From assembly GCA_951406725.2 (NCBI GenBank), contig OX597823.1:86800001-86864000 (forward strand): a DNA stretch of 64,000 nucleotides, read 5' to 3'. This document shows positions 1-14,411 of the stretch, piece by piece. The notes below the pieces were generated by a model. It was not told the origin of the DNA and ran no database searches. It saw only the letters and a program-made list of their open reading frames with translations. The DNA comes from Octopus vulgaris (taxonomy: Eukaryota). The stretch's first letter is position 1, and each line of letters opens with the position of its first letter. Both the position numbers and the translations under genes were made by a program.

Positions 1-31
1 AAGCAGAAAGTTCAAAAATTTTCAAACATAT

Positions 32-170
32 ATGTGTGTGTGCGTGTATGTGTGTGTGCGTGTATGTGTGTGTGCGTGTATGTGTGTGTGCGTGTATGTG
101 TGTGTGCGTGTATGTGTGTGTGCGTGTATGTGTGTGTGCGTGTATGTGTGTGTGCGTGTATGTGTGTGTG
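32..170. repeat. 16-bp minisatellite (TATGTGTGTGTGCGTG)n
   Basis: About 8 tandem units read directly; explains the periodic ORFs at 12-228. Confidence 0.9.
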
Positions 171-378
171 TGTCCCCCCCCTATCGTTTGACAAACTATG
201 CTGGCGTGTTTGCGTCCCCGTAACATAGTGGTTCGGCTAAAGAGGCCGATAGAATAAGTATGGGGCTTACAGAGAATGAGACCAGTCTTGGGGTGGATGT
301 GTTCGACCAATGGCGGTGCTCCAGCATGGCCACAGTAAAATGACTGAAACAAATAAAAGAGCAAAAGAGTAAAGAGTA
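165..378 (+). mobile_element. SINE family A, 3' half
   Basis: Matches the 3' module of the full copies at 56955-57400 and 63055-63430 (gatagaataagta...ggcggtgctccagcatggcc...gactgaaaca) and ends in an AAAAGAG-type tail. Confidence 0.85.
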
Positions 379-858
379 AGTATTATTATTATTATTATTA
401 TTATTAATATATAAATCGATAAATCGATAAATAAATAAATGAATATAGTGGTAAAAACTAAAATCTGAATAATTGACATCGTCTTCCCGAGTCACGGCAA
501 TGAGATCTAATGGGTCAGTTCATTTCTACAAAGTGATACAGTGATACGATATTTCTTCAACAATTCAAAGTTATTTTTCTGAAATACAATGACAATAATA
601 GCTTTAAGAAGGGGGCGCGGGGTTTTGGAGGTGAGGAGGATTTATAGTGAAGTTTTAGAGGGAGGCAGAGATGGGAGGGAAGGAAGAAGAATGAAGGGGA
701 GGGAAAATGTTGAGGAATTTTAGAGAGGGGGAAAGAGAGAATATGTGTGTGTATGTGAGAGAGAGAGAGAGAGAGTGAGACTATAAGGGAGAGACATAAA
801 AGAGAGGGAGAGGAGGAAGGCAGTGAAGTTTTAGAGCGTAAGATCTAGACAGACAGAC

Positions 859-981
<123 letters not shown>

Positions 982-2086
982 AAGATAGATAGATAGAGAG
1001 CGAGAGAGAGAGGGGGAGAGAGAGAGAAAAAGAAAGAGAGAGAGAGAGAGAGAGACAGAAAATGAGAAGGAGATGGTGCGTGGAGAGAAAGTGGAGAAGA
1101 GAGACGTAGAAAGAGAAAGAGGTGAAAATAAAGTGTAGCTTGAGAGAGTGAGAGAGAAAGGGACAGAAAGATATAAAAGAGCAGAAGGTGGAGGAGGAAA
1201 ATATAGGGATGGTTCAGAGAGAAAGCGAGAGACGAAGAGACAAAGTGACAAAAAGACTGAGATAGCTAACAGAAAGACAGAGAGACAGACAGAGACAGTC
1301 AGAAACAAAGAAACGGAGAGAATATGGAAGGACGATCGAGAAACACAATGATACACAGAACGACAGAAAGAGAAAACGAACAAGAAAAATAGAAGTATAC
1401 ATCAGTTCTTGTATTCATTTATATTGTTTGTTTATATTTGGTGCTTTTGCATTCTTCTTTCTTCGGTGCGGAAGCCTTCAAATATGTTTGAATTAGTTCA
1501 CGCTATAGAAATAGTGTTTTGTTATTAAACGGACAAGTGTGTTTTCATAATAGTTAAGGCTTCTTTATTTCTCCACGTGTTTTTTTTTTTATATTATATA
1601 CATTATTACTATTATTATTTTTTTTTTAATGGTAGTAGAGGGCCATATTTTTGTTTGTGTTGTTTGTTTACGCTTTCGGAAGCAGAAAGAAACGGTGCTG
1701 TGAGCGCACAATTCCAATACAAAATGGTGAATGGATGTCTATTGTAGTGGACTCCATAACCTGGGCTTCTGAAGTCAGATCACGTTGTAATGGCTTCCTG
1801 CCCGAACGAGCAAACAAACAGGCGGAATTGAAAGAGTTGCACATGCTTTACAAAAATTTATCACCGACCACAAAAATGTAAACTTAAAGAACATTCATAG
1901 GTGTTTATAGATCCATATAACAATGTTAGCATGTGTGTGTAAACATGCGAGCCCGTTAGTGTGTGTGAGTATGTGTGTGTGTGTGTGTGCGCGCGCGTGT
2001 AGTAAGTATATATATTGTAGCATAAATGTATATATATTCATGGATATATATTTGTGTGTGTATGAATGTATGAGTCTGTCTGCATA

Positions 2087-2147
<61 letters not shown>

Positions 2148-2177
2148 CTATATTTGTGTGTAAGAATGTATGAGTGC

Positions 2178-2222
<45 letters not shown>

Positions 2223-2619
2223 TACTTTATATATGTGTTTCCACGTCCTCGCGTTGTTGTGTATTTTTTTGTGTTTTCTTGTTTGGATTAACTATATATA
2301 TATATACATGTATGTATATATGTATGTATATATATAGTATATATATTAATACATATATATTATAGTTAATGGAATGGAAATTGAAATCAGTAAAACTACA
2401 CACACGCACACACATATAAGATATGCACTCATATATATGTAAATATATGTATATATTACATACATGCATATTATCTAACTATCTATCTCTATATATATAT
2501 ATACATATATATAAATTTATAAATAAATAAAACATATGCATATATACATACATATATGTACGTACCTACCTCTACATGTATATATACATGCATATATGGG
2601 TACAGGACACCAAAAAAAC

Positions 2620-2662
<43 letters not shown>

Positions 2663-2784
2663 AATATGTGTGTTTCTATATATGTATATCTGTGTATCTA
2701 TGTGTATGTGTGAGTGCGCACCCGTCCGACTAATGCCTCTGTGTGTGTGTCTACATTCATAAATATTTAAATATAAATAAATAT

Positions 2785-2848
<64 letters not shown>

Positions 2849-3479
2849 ACATATATATAATTACATATGTGTGCGTATATGTATGTGTATGTATATATGT
2901 ATACCACATCCATATACATTACGTTCTTAACTTTTATACTTTATGCATTTTGCGTTTACTCTATTCTTATTTATCCAGTTTATAACAAGTTTCGTATATG
3001 CTCGAAGGCGGAACTCCAGCATGGCAGCAACCCAATGACGGAAACCAGTAAATGAATGAAAGCATATGTGTATAGAAACTACACCAGAAATTGGTACTCA
3101 GATATGTATAGCGTAACGTGCGGTCCGTATGCTTCGAATTATGTTATAAACACTGCAGAAAAAACATATAGACAAGTGTAACATCATATACATTCTATAT
3201 TTCTTGTCCATGCTTCGGTCTTATCAAGCAATTTTAACTTCATTCATTTTGTGTTTTGAGTTCTTACCTTTATCTGTTACTTGTTTCAGCAAATAAACTG
3301 AAGAGTTTTAGTTGAACGAATTGATCCCAGTAGTAATTTTTTATTCATTTTTAAAGCTTATTCGCCAAGTTACGAGTACGCAAACATAGCAACACCGGTT
3401 ATCAAGTAGTGGTTTTTAGATAAACACAGATACTCTCAGATATAAGTAAATATATCCGGCATGCCTGATCGCTAAATTC

Positions 3480-3670
3480 ACAAGCTTTATTTTAATTCTC
3501 TCCCTCGGTTTATTCTCCCTTATTCCTTACTGCTGCGGAGAGTAGGCTCGAAACATAAAAGTCTTTCTCCCTCTCCCGAGCGTCAAACTATTACGCCTGC
3601 TTGTTGTTCATGCACCTGTCTTTGTCTTTTGCTTTTTTTTTGCTTTTTTTTTGTTGTAAATTTCAACTAT
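3480..3670 (+). mobile_element. Short PLE pLTR-like element family F2, degenerate HHR
   Basis: gagagtaggctcgaaacataaaag...cccgagcgtcaaacta...cacctgtc, homologous to the copies at 5590 and 34505. Confidence 0.65.
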
Positions 3671-4567
3671 ATATATATTTATATGATTGCCTTCTTTCAA
3701 TTTCTGTCTACCAAATCTACTCACAGGGGCTTTGGTCGGACTGTGGCTACACTAGAAGATACTTGCCTAAGGTGACACGCAGGGAGACTGAACCCGGAAG
3801 CATATCTATATTACTTATTCCTGGATCTATTTACTGTATTTGGTGGCTCACAGGGATACGTTATTTTTCTTGAGCCCAAAAGTTGTAAGACATGATTACC
3901 CGAGACCCACGGTTTATAAGTTACCGAGAAGGCTTGAAGGGCAGCAGTACTGAGGGGAACGGGCAAGGCAAGTTGATCACATGAACCCCAGTTCTTTCGC
4001 TAATATCTTATTTTATCTTGCTCTAAGAGATTTAAATTTAAGTTAACTTCGGTGGAATTTGAACTGAGAACGTTAAATTCCACAGAAAAATAGCTGCTTT
4101 ATGTACTGAGCACATCCCAATGTCAGCAATATATTGAAAATATATCTAGGAAAAATTGAGCACCAGGGACAATACTAGTTTTTGGGTGGCCCCGCTACGA
4201 ATATAGAAAGAATGGTTTCTCGAAATATTGTTGCGGAAAAAGTGCAACTGCTATGGTACCAAAAAGCGTTGTTTTGTATCACTAGATATTGGTTCCAAAT
4301 TTTGGATGGAGGCCAGCAAGTTTGTGGGTAGGGATAAGTCGATTATATTGATCTCAGTGCTGAACTTGTACTTATTAGAAGGAATTCGTCGATCTGAGGC
4401 TCTAGAAGAAGTCACTTGCCCAAGGCACCACGCAGTGAAACTGAGCTCAAAACCAATAGCACATGGATGCAAACCGGTCTTCCTAACCATACAGCCAAAG
4501 CCTGCGTCTAAAGCTAAGCAGTACCTCTTGCGAGACTCTCACCAGAATTTGGCAAAATCTCCACATA

Positions 4568-4583
4568 TCTATTATATTAAATC

Positions 4584-4636
<53 letters not shown>

Positions 4637-4952
4637 TTCTAAGATCTCGGGCATCCTCCATCCGATTGCGCTCAAATTTGATATCTAGATACCGACGGTA
4701 TCAGGGCGTGTATAAGTCTTGGAAAAATTACAAAAATCGATTCCAGGTGAGAAGGCGATCGATAAAATCATTTTTCTTGGAATAGAAAAAAAGTCTATCT
4801 TTATTTCTTCTTTGCTGGTGTCTCAATTTTAGTTTAAATCATTGTTTCTCAAAGGGGAGGCCTATGGGACGGTCGGACAAGTTGTTTTGAGAAAATTTGG
4901 TTTAAATGTTTGATAACTCAGCACCGTCCGTTGGACGGGGGTCGTTTGCTCG
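4568..4952 (+). mobile_element. Non-autonomous Helitron
   Basis: A|TCTATTATATTAA 5' end, internal (TG)n, subterminal hairpin CCGTCC-gtt-GGACGG, 3' end CTCG|T (variant of CTRR). Confidence 0.7.
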
Positions 4953-5045
<93 letters not shown>

Positions 5046-5046
5046 T

Positions 5047-5139
<93 letters not shown>

Positions 5140-5159
5140 GTATGTATATATATACTTGT

Positions 5160-5505
5160 GTGTCTGTGTTTGTCCCCCATCGCTTGCCAGCTGATATCCT
5201 CGTAACATTAGCGGTTAGACAAAATGAAACCGATAGTATAAGTCCTAGGCTTACAAAAGGATAAGTCCTGTGGCCGATTTGTTCGACTAAAGGCGGTGCT
5301 CCAAAATGGTGCAAGTCAAGTGACTAAAACAAAACAATAAAAGCACCTATGCGCAAAGGTGGATGTATGGTAAAAAGCTTGCTTCCTAATCATATGGTTC
5401 TGGATAGAACCCCACTTGGGCAAATGTCTACTAGTATAGCCTAGGGCGGACCAAATCCATATGATTGAATCTGGTAGACGAAAAATTAAAGAAGCCCGTC
5501 GTGTG
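5160..5505 (+). mobile_element. SINE family A, a 3' half followed by a 5' (tRNA/CORE-like) half
   Basis: Homology to the full-length copies near 57 kb and 63 kb. Confidence 0.75.
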
Positions 5506-5510
5506 TGTGA

Positions 5511-5562
<52 letters not shown>

Positions 5563-5589
5563 CCACCGTGATTGACCGCTAGCTCCAAG

Positions 5590-5752
5590 AGATCTTTTAT
5601 TCTATCTATGTATATTTCCTCGTGTTCCTTTCTGTTGAAGAGCGTAGGCTCGAAACGTAAAAGACTATCTCAAATTTCCGAGCGTCAAACTGATACACCT
5701 GTCTGTTGTTTCTACGCCTGTCTTCGTCGTTTGTTTTTCTGTAAATTTCACC

Positions 5753-5755
<3 letters not shown>
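5590..5755 (+). mobile_element. Short PLE pLTR-like element family F2
   Basis: Sits between (TA)n tracts, carries an HHR-like motif, and is homologous to 34505-34685. Confidence 0.7.
5628..5663 (+). ncRNA. Minimal hammerhead-like motif, core CUGUUGA (A6U)
   Basis: CUUU-CUGUUGA-A-GAGC-guag-GCUC-GAAA-CG-UA/AAAG. Stems I and II pair; stem III is the palindrome ACGU. Confidence 0.6.
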
Positions 5756-5801
<46 letters not shown>

Positions 5802-6017
5802 TATTAAGGCGGCTGTTCGTAGTTTAGAACCGAAATGCTGAAGCACTGTCTTGACTGAGGGTGTTGGACCCATTACTTCGTCGCCGAGGGCTAAAAACGT
5901 AACTCACCATGTCAGTTTATAGAGAACACCATGATGAACATCGACTGATTCCGAAAATGGTGAAGTGAAAATTATAAATTAAGTTGGCTCTTCGAGTTTA
6001 GAACTGATTGGCCGATG

Positions 6018-6323
6018 TATAGTGGTCTCTTAATTAACTGAGGTTGACAGCAAATATCCGCACTGCTAGAAATAACAGTTAAAATAAGTTTTGACCACGT
6101 GGGAGCATTTTTCTGAGGACTAGCAAGTGAAACAAGAGAGACACTGATGAAGATTAATCAAATCTGGAATGGTCGATGATAAGACTACACTTCGCTTTCT
6201 GTAGAGTGCTGGTCTCCCTTGTCAGTCGGTAGAAAAGTGCTCTCATGTGGTTAAGAAGTTTTGACTCTTATTTCTAGCAATGCTGGTGCTCCCTGCACCC
6301 TCACTCAATTTAGTGACGACTAT
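6018..6323. repeat. Old fold-back (imperfect inverted repeat, arms ~110 bp), MITE-like
   Basis: gcactgctagaaataacagttaaaa...accacgtgggagcatttttct is inverted relative to agaaaagtgctctcatgtggtt...ttttgactcttatttctagcaatgc. Confidence 0.65.
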
Positions 6324-7109
6324 ACATGTGTGTGTGTGTGTGTCTACGTGTGTGTGTGTGTGTGTGTGTGTGTCTATGTTTGACCCAACCAAAGCTTGAC
6401 TGCCGATGTTGATGTGTTTACGTCCCGGTATATTAACAGTTCGTCAAGAAGAGACCGGCGGAATAAGTACAAGGCTCAAAAATTAAAAAAATATATCTGG
6501 GATCGATTTATTTGTTCTACTAAAACCCTTCAAAGCAATGCTACAGCATGAACGCAGCCAAATTATTGAAAAATGTAATGGATTCAATTCCGATAGAATT
6601 TGAACTCTGGAACTCATATGGCCTTTCGTTCCACACTTTCTCTTAACTGATTTACAGACTTTTACGAGTCCGTAATGAAAGCATATTTTCTTAAAGAAAG
6701 TTCATTTGATACATCCATTTCTCATAAACAATTACTACATAGAAAAATCCCGACCTTAAATAAACTCATTCAAACTAAATAACTGAAAGGGGAATAAAAA
6801 AAAAACAACATATATATGTAATAGCAAAGTATTGTTATAAATATAAGCATGCGACCACAATGCTAAATACACGTGGCAAATTCCCGCCCATTGCCACAAT
6901 CACCCGGGGGAAATCGATAAATATATCCCGCTCTTTAAGTGATGACTCCAGGACGGCCATATTGCGATGACGAGGAAAATAATCCTTCTTATATAGGCAG
7001 CCATCTATTGCTGCTTGTAAATAGGTGTGTGTGTGTGTGTGTATTTGTGTGCGTGTATGTATGTGTGAGTGTGTGTGTGTGTGTGTACGTAAGGCTGTAT
7101 ATCATAGTG

Positions 7110-7144
<35 letters not shown>

Positions 7145-7191
7145 GCAAATACGAATGCATATATATGTATTAGTATATGTACATACATACA

Positions 7192-7231
<40 letters not shown>

Positions 7232-7271
7232 AATACGAATGCATATATATGTATTAGTATACATACATACA

Positions 7272-7311
<40 letters not shown>

Positions 7312-7635
7312 GGTGTGTATGTGTGTGCATGTAGGCATGTGTGTCTATATATGTGCATACATGAATTTATACGTACATTCATATATACATTTGTATTAAA
7401 ATACACACACACACGCGCGCGCACACACAAGCACACACACACACACGCACACACGCACACACACATATATATATATACATACATATATATGTATAGATAT
7501 GTATTCTTGGGGGCAGATATATGTATAGGTGTAAGTTTGAAAGTTGATCCATGACTCAGGATATTTTGTTTTTTATTTATCATTTCTGGGTATATACATG
7601 TGTGTGTGTGGTGGGTGCGTGTATGTGTGCGAACA

Positions 7636-7715
<80 letters not shown>

Positions 7716-7720
<5 letters not shown>

Positions 7721-7895
7721 AATCCAAACAAGTAAACAAAAACAAAAAAACAACAACGCAAGGATGTGGAACATATAAAGTATTATTGGACGCTCAGGAA
7801 AGAAGAGAAGAAGGAGGGTTTGACGTTTCGAGCGGAGCTCTTCGTCGGAAACATAGGAGAAGGAAAGATCCCGAGAAGGGAAGACAGGGGAAAAA
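7716..7895 (-). mobile_element. Short PLE pLTR-like element family F1
   Basis: Near-identical inverted copy of 9875-10062; flanked by (TA)n; contains an HHR. Confidence 0.8.
7818..7852 (-). ncRNA. Minimal type I hammerhead ribozyme, U4C core (CCGACGA), GUC site
   Basis: Minus strand reads GUUU-CCGACGA-A-GAGC-ucc-GCUC-GAAA-CG-UC/AAAC. Confidence 0.75.
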
Positions 7896-7928
7896 ATATA
7901 TATATATATATGTACGTTTGCATATATA

Positions 7929-7980
<52 letters not shown>

Positions 7981-8176
7981 CATATATATATATACAAACA
8001 CATAAAAAAATTCTCTAATATACATCTGCAAGTCTTATTAATCTTTACTCTTATTATTCTATAATCTTTATTTTCTGTTTTTTAAATCCTTTTGTTTTCT
8101 CCTACGTTTATGTTTTCTACAGAGTGCATTTGTCTCCGTATTATTAAGTATATCATACATATCATACATAGACACG

Positions 8177-8234
<58 letters not shown>

Positions 8235-8808
8235 TTTATATATGTATGTATGTTTATATGTATATGTGTATTTTATTATCCATCGTCTTTATGTCGGTCT
8301 TCATTGCTTAATAGATGCTCGTTGTTATCATCGTTGATGTTTTCTATGCGGACTGTGGCTAGTTTATTTGTTATAATTACTGTGTTGTTAATATCAAAGA
8401 ATAGAAAAGGGGGAAAAAAAAATTCATGTACGCATCGAACTATCAATTCATTACTCGATATTAAAAAGATTGTATTGTACTCATTAATATTCTTTTGCTG
8501 TATAGGTCTTAAATGGAAGCTAAAGCTTGTATTTGTTTCGTGATAGAGGATATAATGAGGTTTTCATATGGATTGTTGCAGTTACAATACCTGCAAGCTA
8601 AAAAAGAAAAAAATACACTTGTGATGCAAGTCTTTGTATTAATCTCATAAAATCTTCGTATATACGGCTATCCCTGTGTCTAACTAAACTTCTTTGATCA
8701 TCTTTCGGCCAGCGTACACCTGCGTCACCCAAACACTGAAATCGATATTAATTTCTAATTGTTGACAATGCGCGCGCTTACATGTGCGCGTTCGTGTATG
8801 GTTATATA

Positions 8809-8897
<89 letters not shown>

Positions 8898-9092
8898 ATG
8901 TATATATATATGTATTTGTATATATGCGTATGTATGTATATATATACATGTACATATATGTATATATATGCACATTTACATGCACACATGTATATATATA
9001 GTTATATATATATGTATATGTATATGTGTGTTTGTATGTATATATTTATACATGTATATGTATATATATATGCATATATGCATGCACATATG

Positions 9093-9201
<109 letters not shown>

Positions 9202-9874
9202 ACATATGCATGCATATATGTGTATGTGTATATATCCATATTTACATATGTATGCGTATATGTATGTATGTTTGTATGTATGCGTGTATGAATGTGTAAG
9301 TACATAAAAAGGGAATCATCGATAAACGTTAGCGTCTTACATCAGTTATTTTTATTACTCTGATTTTTCTTTATAATAAAGAGGTGGGGCACTCGATAAA
9401 CACAGATCCAAGCAGTATTTTTTTTAATTATTCTATCGCCCCATTATTCTCCCGCAAAAGTGGTTTCCATTTAGGTATTGTTTTGTTGCCCAGAATTTCC
9501 CTTCACAATCGATCGCTCTTGCGGTAGTAAGGAGGATCCGATCCCATGACATGGTGGCTGTAATGAATGTCTTCTACCAAAAGCCATTTCTTGACCTTCG
9601 CATTTTATGTTAAAGCTGATAACTGAAAAAATATGCAAACTTCTATATATATTATTCTCCAAACGCCTCTATGAAGTACTCGGAAGAACTTCAGTCATTT
9701 GCTGACTTTTTGGGCCTCGTTACTGTCCTGTTACTACGCATTTTATGTTGCCGACACACACACTCACACACACACAAACACACAAATACACACACACACA
9801 TATATTATCTATATATATATTATTTATTATATATATATTTACATTTACATATATGTGACCTCGTGTGTACCGTT

Positions 9875-10062
9875 GGCGATTTTTTTCCTCTGTCTTCTCT
9901 TCTCTGGATTTTTCCTTCTCCTATGTTTCCGACGAAGAGCTCCACTCGAAACGTTAAACCCTCCTTCTTTCCTTCTTTCCTGAGCGTCCAATAATACTAT
10001 ATTTGTTCCCCGTCCTCGCGTTGTTGTGTCTTTTTGTGCTTTCTTGTTTGGATTAACTTTAT
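9875..10062 (+). mobile_element. Short PLE pLTR-like element family F1 with minimal HHR (9925-9959)
   Basis: GUUU-CCGACGA-A-GAGC-ucc-ACUC-GAAA-CG-UU/AAAC. A tail fragment also lies at 2236-2293. Confidence 0.8.
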
Positions 10063-10171
10063 ACATATATATATATATTTATATATATATATATATAGAT
10101 ATATAGTGACGTATTTTTGCCATTTCAATATGGCTAACCCCTAAGGGTGGATGCTACTGTAGTTTTTAGCC

Positions 10172-10251
<80 letters not shown>

Positions 10252-10371
10252 TTTTACTTTTTCTTTTATTGGTTTCAATCAATTGACAGCGTCCATGCTG
10301 AAAAACTGCCTTTAGCCGAGCAAATCGACCCCAGGACTTAATCTTTGTAAGCCTAATGGTGAACCGATTCA

Positions 10372-11370
10372 CTATTACCATCCCTCGATATTACTAAATC
10401 TTCTCGTTAGTGGTGACGGTTGACAAGCGTATTGCACCTTCTTCGTGCGTCACGCTTGTTCCGTCACTTTCAAACTTCTCGATCCACTCATACACACTTA
10501 TATGTAGTTCTTCTTCTTCTTCTTCTTCTTCTTCTTCTTCTTCTTCTTCTTCTTCTTCTTCTTCTTCTTCTTCTTCTTCTTCTTCTTCTTCTTCTTCTTC
10601 TTCTTCTTCTTTTTCTTCTTCTTCTTCTTCTTCTTCTTCTTCTTCTTCTTCTTCTTCTTCTTCTTCTTCTTCTTCTTCTTCTTCTTCTTCTCCTTTTTCT
10701 TCTTGATCCTTTTTGCCTCTTGCGGAATATAGGGCCTCGACAGTGGTTTTCCACTTTTTGCGGTCATTGGCAGGTTTCTTGGCTGCTTCCCATGTCAGGC
10801 CAGTGGTCCTGAGCTCGTCCAAAATGCTCCGCTTCCATGTCTGCTTCGGGCGTCCTCGCTTCCTTTTCCCCTGCGGTTTCCAGTCAAGTGTTTGTCGTGT
10901 CACACTTGATGGTTCTTTTCGCAGTGTGTGTCCGATCCATCTCCATTTCCTTTGTATAATCTGAACATATATGGGCTCCTGGTTGGCCCTTTCCGACAGG
11001 TCGGTGTTTATCACACTGTCGAACTCTGTTCCCCCGGTAGGTTTAACCTTGTTGGTTTGGTCGAAGAGGAGGAATCAGACTAAAGTATACACATCTGCCC
11101 TCCAGATTCGGGCATTGTGCTATAGGCTAACACCCTACACACGTAAAAAACAAAACACCTGTTACAGAAACTAAATGTTGTAGTGCACTGTCCCCGTATT
11201 TACCTAAAAGCCTCTGATGAATTTCAGCACCTGACACACTTTCCGACCGGAGAAATCGGATCACTTCTCTTTGGTGCACATTTCGGCCATGTTTGCACTG
11301 TAAAGCCAGAGAGGAAAATGGAGCAATCAGGCTCAAACCTCGGTCACGTGACCACAGTACTACCAACTAT
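10372..11370 (-). mobile_element. Decayed mariner transposase N-terminal (HTH) region, split by an RTE insertion
   Basis: 11300->11176 encodes ...EVIRFLRSESVSGAEIHQRLLGKYGDSAL, and 10500->10390 continues SVYEWIEKFESDGTSVTHEEGAIRLSTVTTNEKI. Together they match the mariner HTH consensus. Confidence 0.75.
10508..11175 (-). mobile_element. Internally deleted (bipartite) RTE-clade LINE with (GAA)n tail
   Basis: Encodes QRKWRWIGHTLRK...LDWKPQGKRKRGRPKQTWKRSI...KWKTTVEAL (RTE C-terminus). (TTC)n at 10508-10700. The 5' part resembles an RTE 5' UTR. Confidence 0.85.
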
Positions 11371-11429
11371 AAGCACGCATGCACATACATACATGCATAT
11401 ACAAACATGTATATGTATATATATATATT

Positions 11430-11581
11430 GGGTGAGTGGTAAGTAGCTTGTTTCCCAACCACATGGTTCCGGGTTTCATCCCATTACGTTGCAACCTGGG
11501 CAAGTGTCTTCCCCTATAGCCTTGGGCCGGGGAAAGCCTTGTGTGTGGCTTTGGTAGACGGAAACTGAAAGAAGACAGTCG

Positions 11582-11644
<63 letters not shown>

Positions 11645-12115
11645 AAGGGCAAACAATTATTAATTTTAAAAAATCAACAATTATTTACGGGTAGAAGCAA
11701 CCTGTGGTTCGCCCCTTTTTATTTATATATATATATACATGTATATGTATACATGTGTGTGTGTTTGTGTGCCTGTGTTTGTCCCTCCCACCATCGCGTG
11801 ACAACTGTTGGTGCCGTGTCTATGTCCTCATAACTTAGCAGTTCGGCAAAAAAGACGGATACAATAAGTACTAGGCTTACAAAGAATAAATCCTGCGGTC
11901 GATTAGTTCGACAAAAGGTGGTGCTCCAGCATGGGTGTAGTGAAATGACTGAAACAAATAAAAGAATATGTGTATGTGTGTGCGCGTGTGTGAGTATACG
12001 TTTTGCACATACACATACGACGGGCTTCTTTCAGTTTCTGTCCACTAAATCTACTCACAACGATTTGATCGGCCCAAGGCGATAGCAGAAGGAAATTGCT
12101 CAAGGTATCACACAA
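11430..12115. mobile_element. SINE family A pieces (head +, tail +, head -)
   Basis: tggtaagtagcttg...ggttccgggtt...cctgggcaagtgtctt plus the tail module. Confidence 0.75.
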
Positions 12116-12779
12116 TGTGTCAGATAAAAGAGAATCAAAGCGATAAAAAGACAGAAAATATTTGCGTTAAAATTCTGCTAAAATATAAAATATAACACTG
12201 AGACTTTGATAATACAAAAATGGAACCTACAGTGGTATAGAATGTCTAAAGTTACATCTGTATGTCGTAGCGAGGTGACGAAGGACCATATCCCCCATTC
12301 ATGCGTAGTGGAATAAATAATAACTAAATTTATAACAGATTGCAGTTAAATATGTGTGTGTGCGTGTGTGAGTGTGTGTGAGTGTGTGAGTGTGAGTGTG
12401 TGTTTTTGTGTGAATGCCCGTGTGTGTATGCGTGTGTTTCTGTGTGCGTACGTGTGTATGTGTGTGCGTCTGTGTGTATGTGTGTATATGTGTGTATGTT
12501 TGTGCGTCTGTGCGTTTGCGCGTGTCTTCGCATGTGTGTGTGTGTGTGTGCGTGTGCTTGTGTGTGTATGTGCGTGTGTGTGCGTGTATGTGTGCGTGTG
12601 TGTGTGAGTTTGTGTGTGTGTGCGTGTGTATGCACTTGTATGTGTGTATATGCGTGTGTGCACGAGCATGCGTGTATTTGTGTGTGTGGGTGTGCGTGTG
12701 TCCGTGTGTGTATGAGTGTGCGTATGAGTTTGTGTGTGTATGTATATGTGTTTTTCTGATTAGCATTCTCTCTAATAAA

Positions 12780-13095
12780 GAGCACACCGTCGGATTTGAC
12801 AACGAGCGTTGCAGATGATCCGATCAACGGAACACTTACTCATGGAATTAACGTGTACGTGGTTGAGCACACCCACAGCCATGTACCTTAACGCGTACCC
12901 TGAACTTCAGGGAGATTCTGTGTGACACAGAATGTTACAAGGCTGATTCTTTAAAATAATGATAGAATTCATTTTTGCCAGGTGGAATAGAGCAATGTGA
13001 AAAAAAATTGACTTGGTTCATGATACCATGCTCGCCGCGTATAGAAATCCCTAACTTACGATCATGAACCGAATACAGTAACCATTAAGCCACCT
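12780..13095 (-). mobile_element. SINE family B (tRNA-Arg-like, OR-type), degenerate
   Basis: Homologous to 39300-39618 (gatccgatcaacggaaca...ttaacgtg...gagattc). A related tail lies at 19975-20165. Confidence 0.65.
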
Positions 13096-13363
13096 TTCTT
13101 TACGATCTTCAGAACAGATAAGCGCAATGCGATACCTAAAGGGAAAAGTTCGATTGTCACTACATGTAATTGAGTTTATCAAGACAACGACTTTGCCAGA
13201 TATGAGAGTTATGCTGTAGGAAGAGCGCAAATGTGTACATACATGCTGATAGGAGACATATATAGATTTCAATGACTCCATCTTGGCTTTTCATCCATGT
13301 GTGTGTATGTATGTGTATGTCTCTCTCTCTGTATATATATATATATATATAGATCGATCGATC

Positions 13364-13439
<76 letters not shown>

Positions 13440-13581
13440 TAATATTCAAAGAGTGTTAGCGGTTGTGAATCCAACCAAGAGACAGTATCTATCCAAATAC
13501 AATGTCTAACAGTTGATGCATACTATCTCTGGATCCCCTCCGTTTTCTTCTTGCCGTATATATATATATATGTATAAATGT

Positions 13582-13618
<37 letters not shown>

Positions 13619-13796
13619 CCGTTAAGTTAAATACAACACAGAAAAGTACTTCATATAATTGAGTGATAAATTTAATGTAAATAGTATCAAGATAAGTGCA
13701 AGAAATAGTTTCTTGCCGTGTCTCCATGGCAAGAAATGACACACAGACACACAAACACATACATATACATGCGTGTGTGTGTATATATATATAGAG

Positions 13797-13835
<39 letters not shown>

Positions 13836-13908
13836 CTGACAGACAATCAGACAAGTGAACAGATACACACACACACACATAGACAGATAGGCAGACAGAC
13901 AGACAGAC

Positions 13909-13965
<57 letters not shown>

Positions 13966-14037
13966 TTGATAGATAGATAGATATATATTGATAGATAGAT
14001 AGATAGATAGACAGATAGATAGATAGATAGATAGATA

Positions 14038-14179
14038 TGTTTCTTTATTAGCCACACAGGGCTGCACACAGATAGAACAAATTACAAGGTAGAGCTTTTC
14101 TTTTGAAGGTTTAAAAAAAAATTTTTTTTAAATAAAAATAAAATAAAAGGAAGGTGGAGTTTCGATCAAAAGGGATCGT

Positions 14180-14268
<89 letters not shown>

Positions 14269-14411
14269 TTATTAGCCACACAGGGCTGCACACAGACGGC
14301 ACAGATTACAAAGTAGAGCTTTTCTTTTTGGGAGAGAGAAAAACATATAAAGGTGGGGTAGGTTTTCGATCAAAAGGGATCGTAAAAGGGAAATCAGAAA
14401 GAAGAAAAAAA

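Noticed and set aside
6140-6180. CTGATGA-AGATT...AATCT-GGAA hammerhead-like motif
   Set aside because: GAAA is broken, and I can find no convincing stem I or stem III partner.
10394-11014. 206-aa ORF with poly-Glu
   Set aside because: Chance in-frame fusion of an RTE C-terminus, its (GAA)n tail and a mariner fragment.
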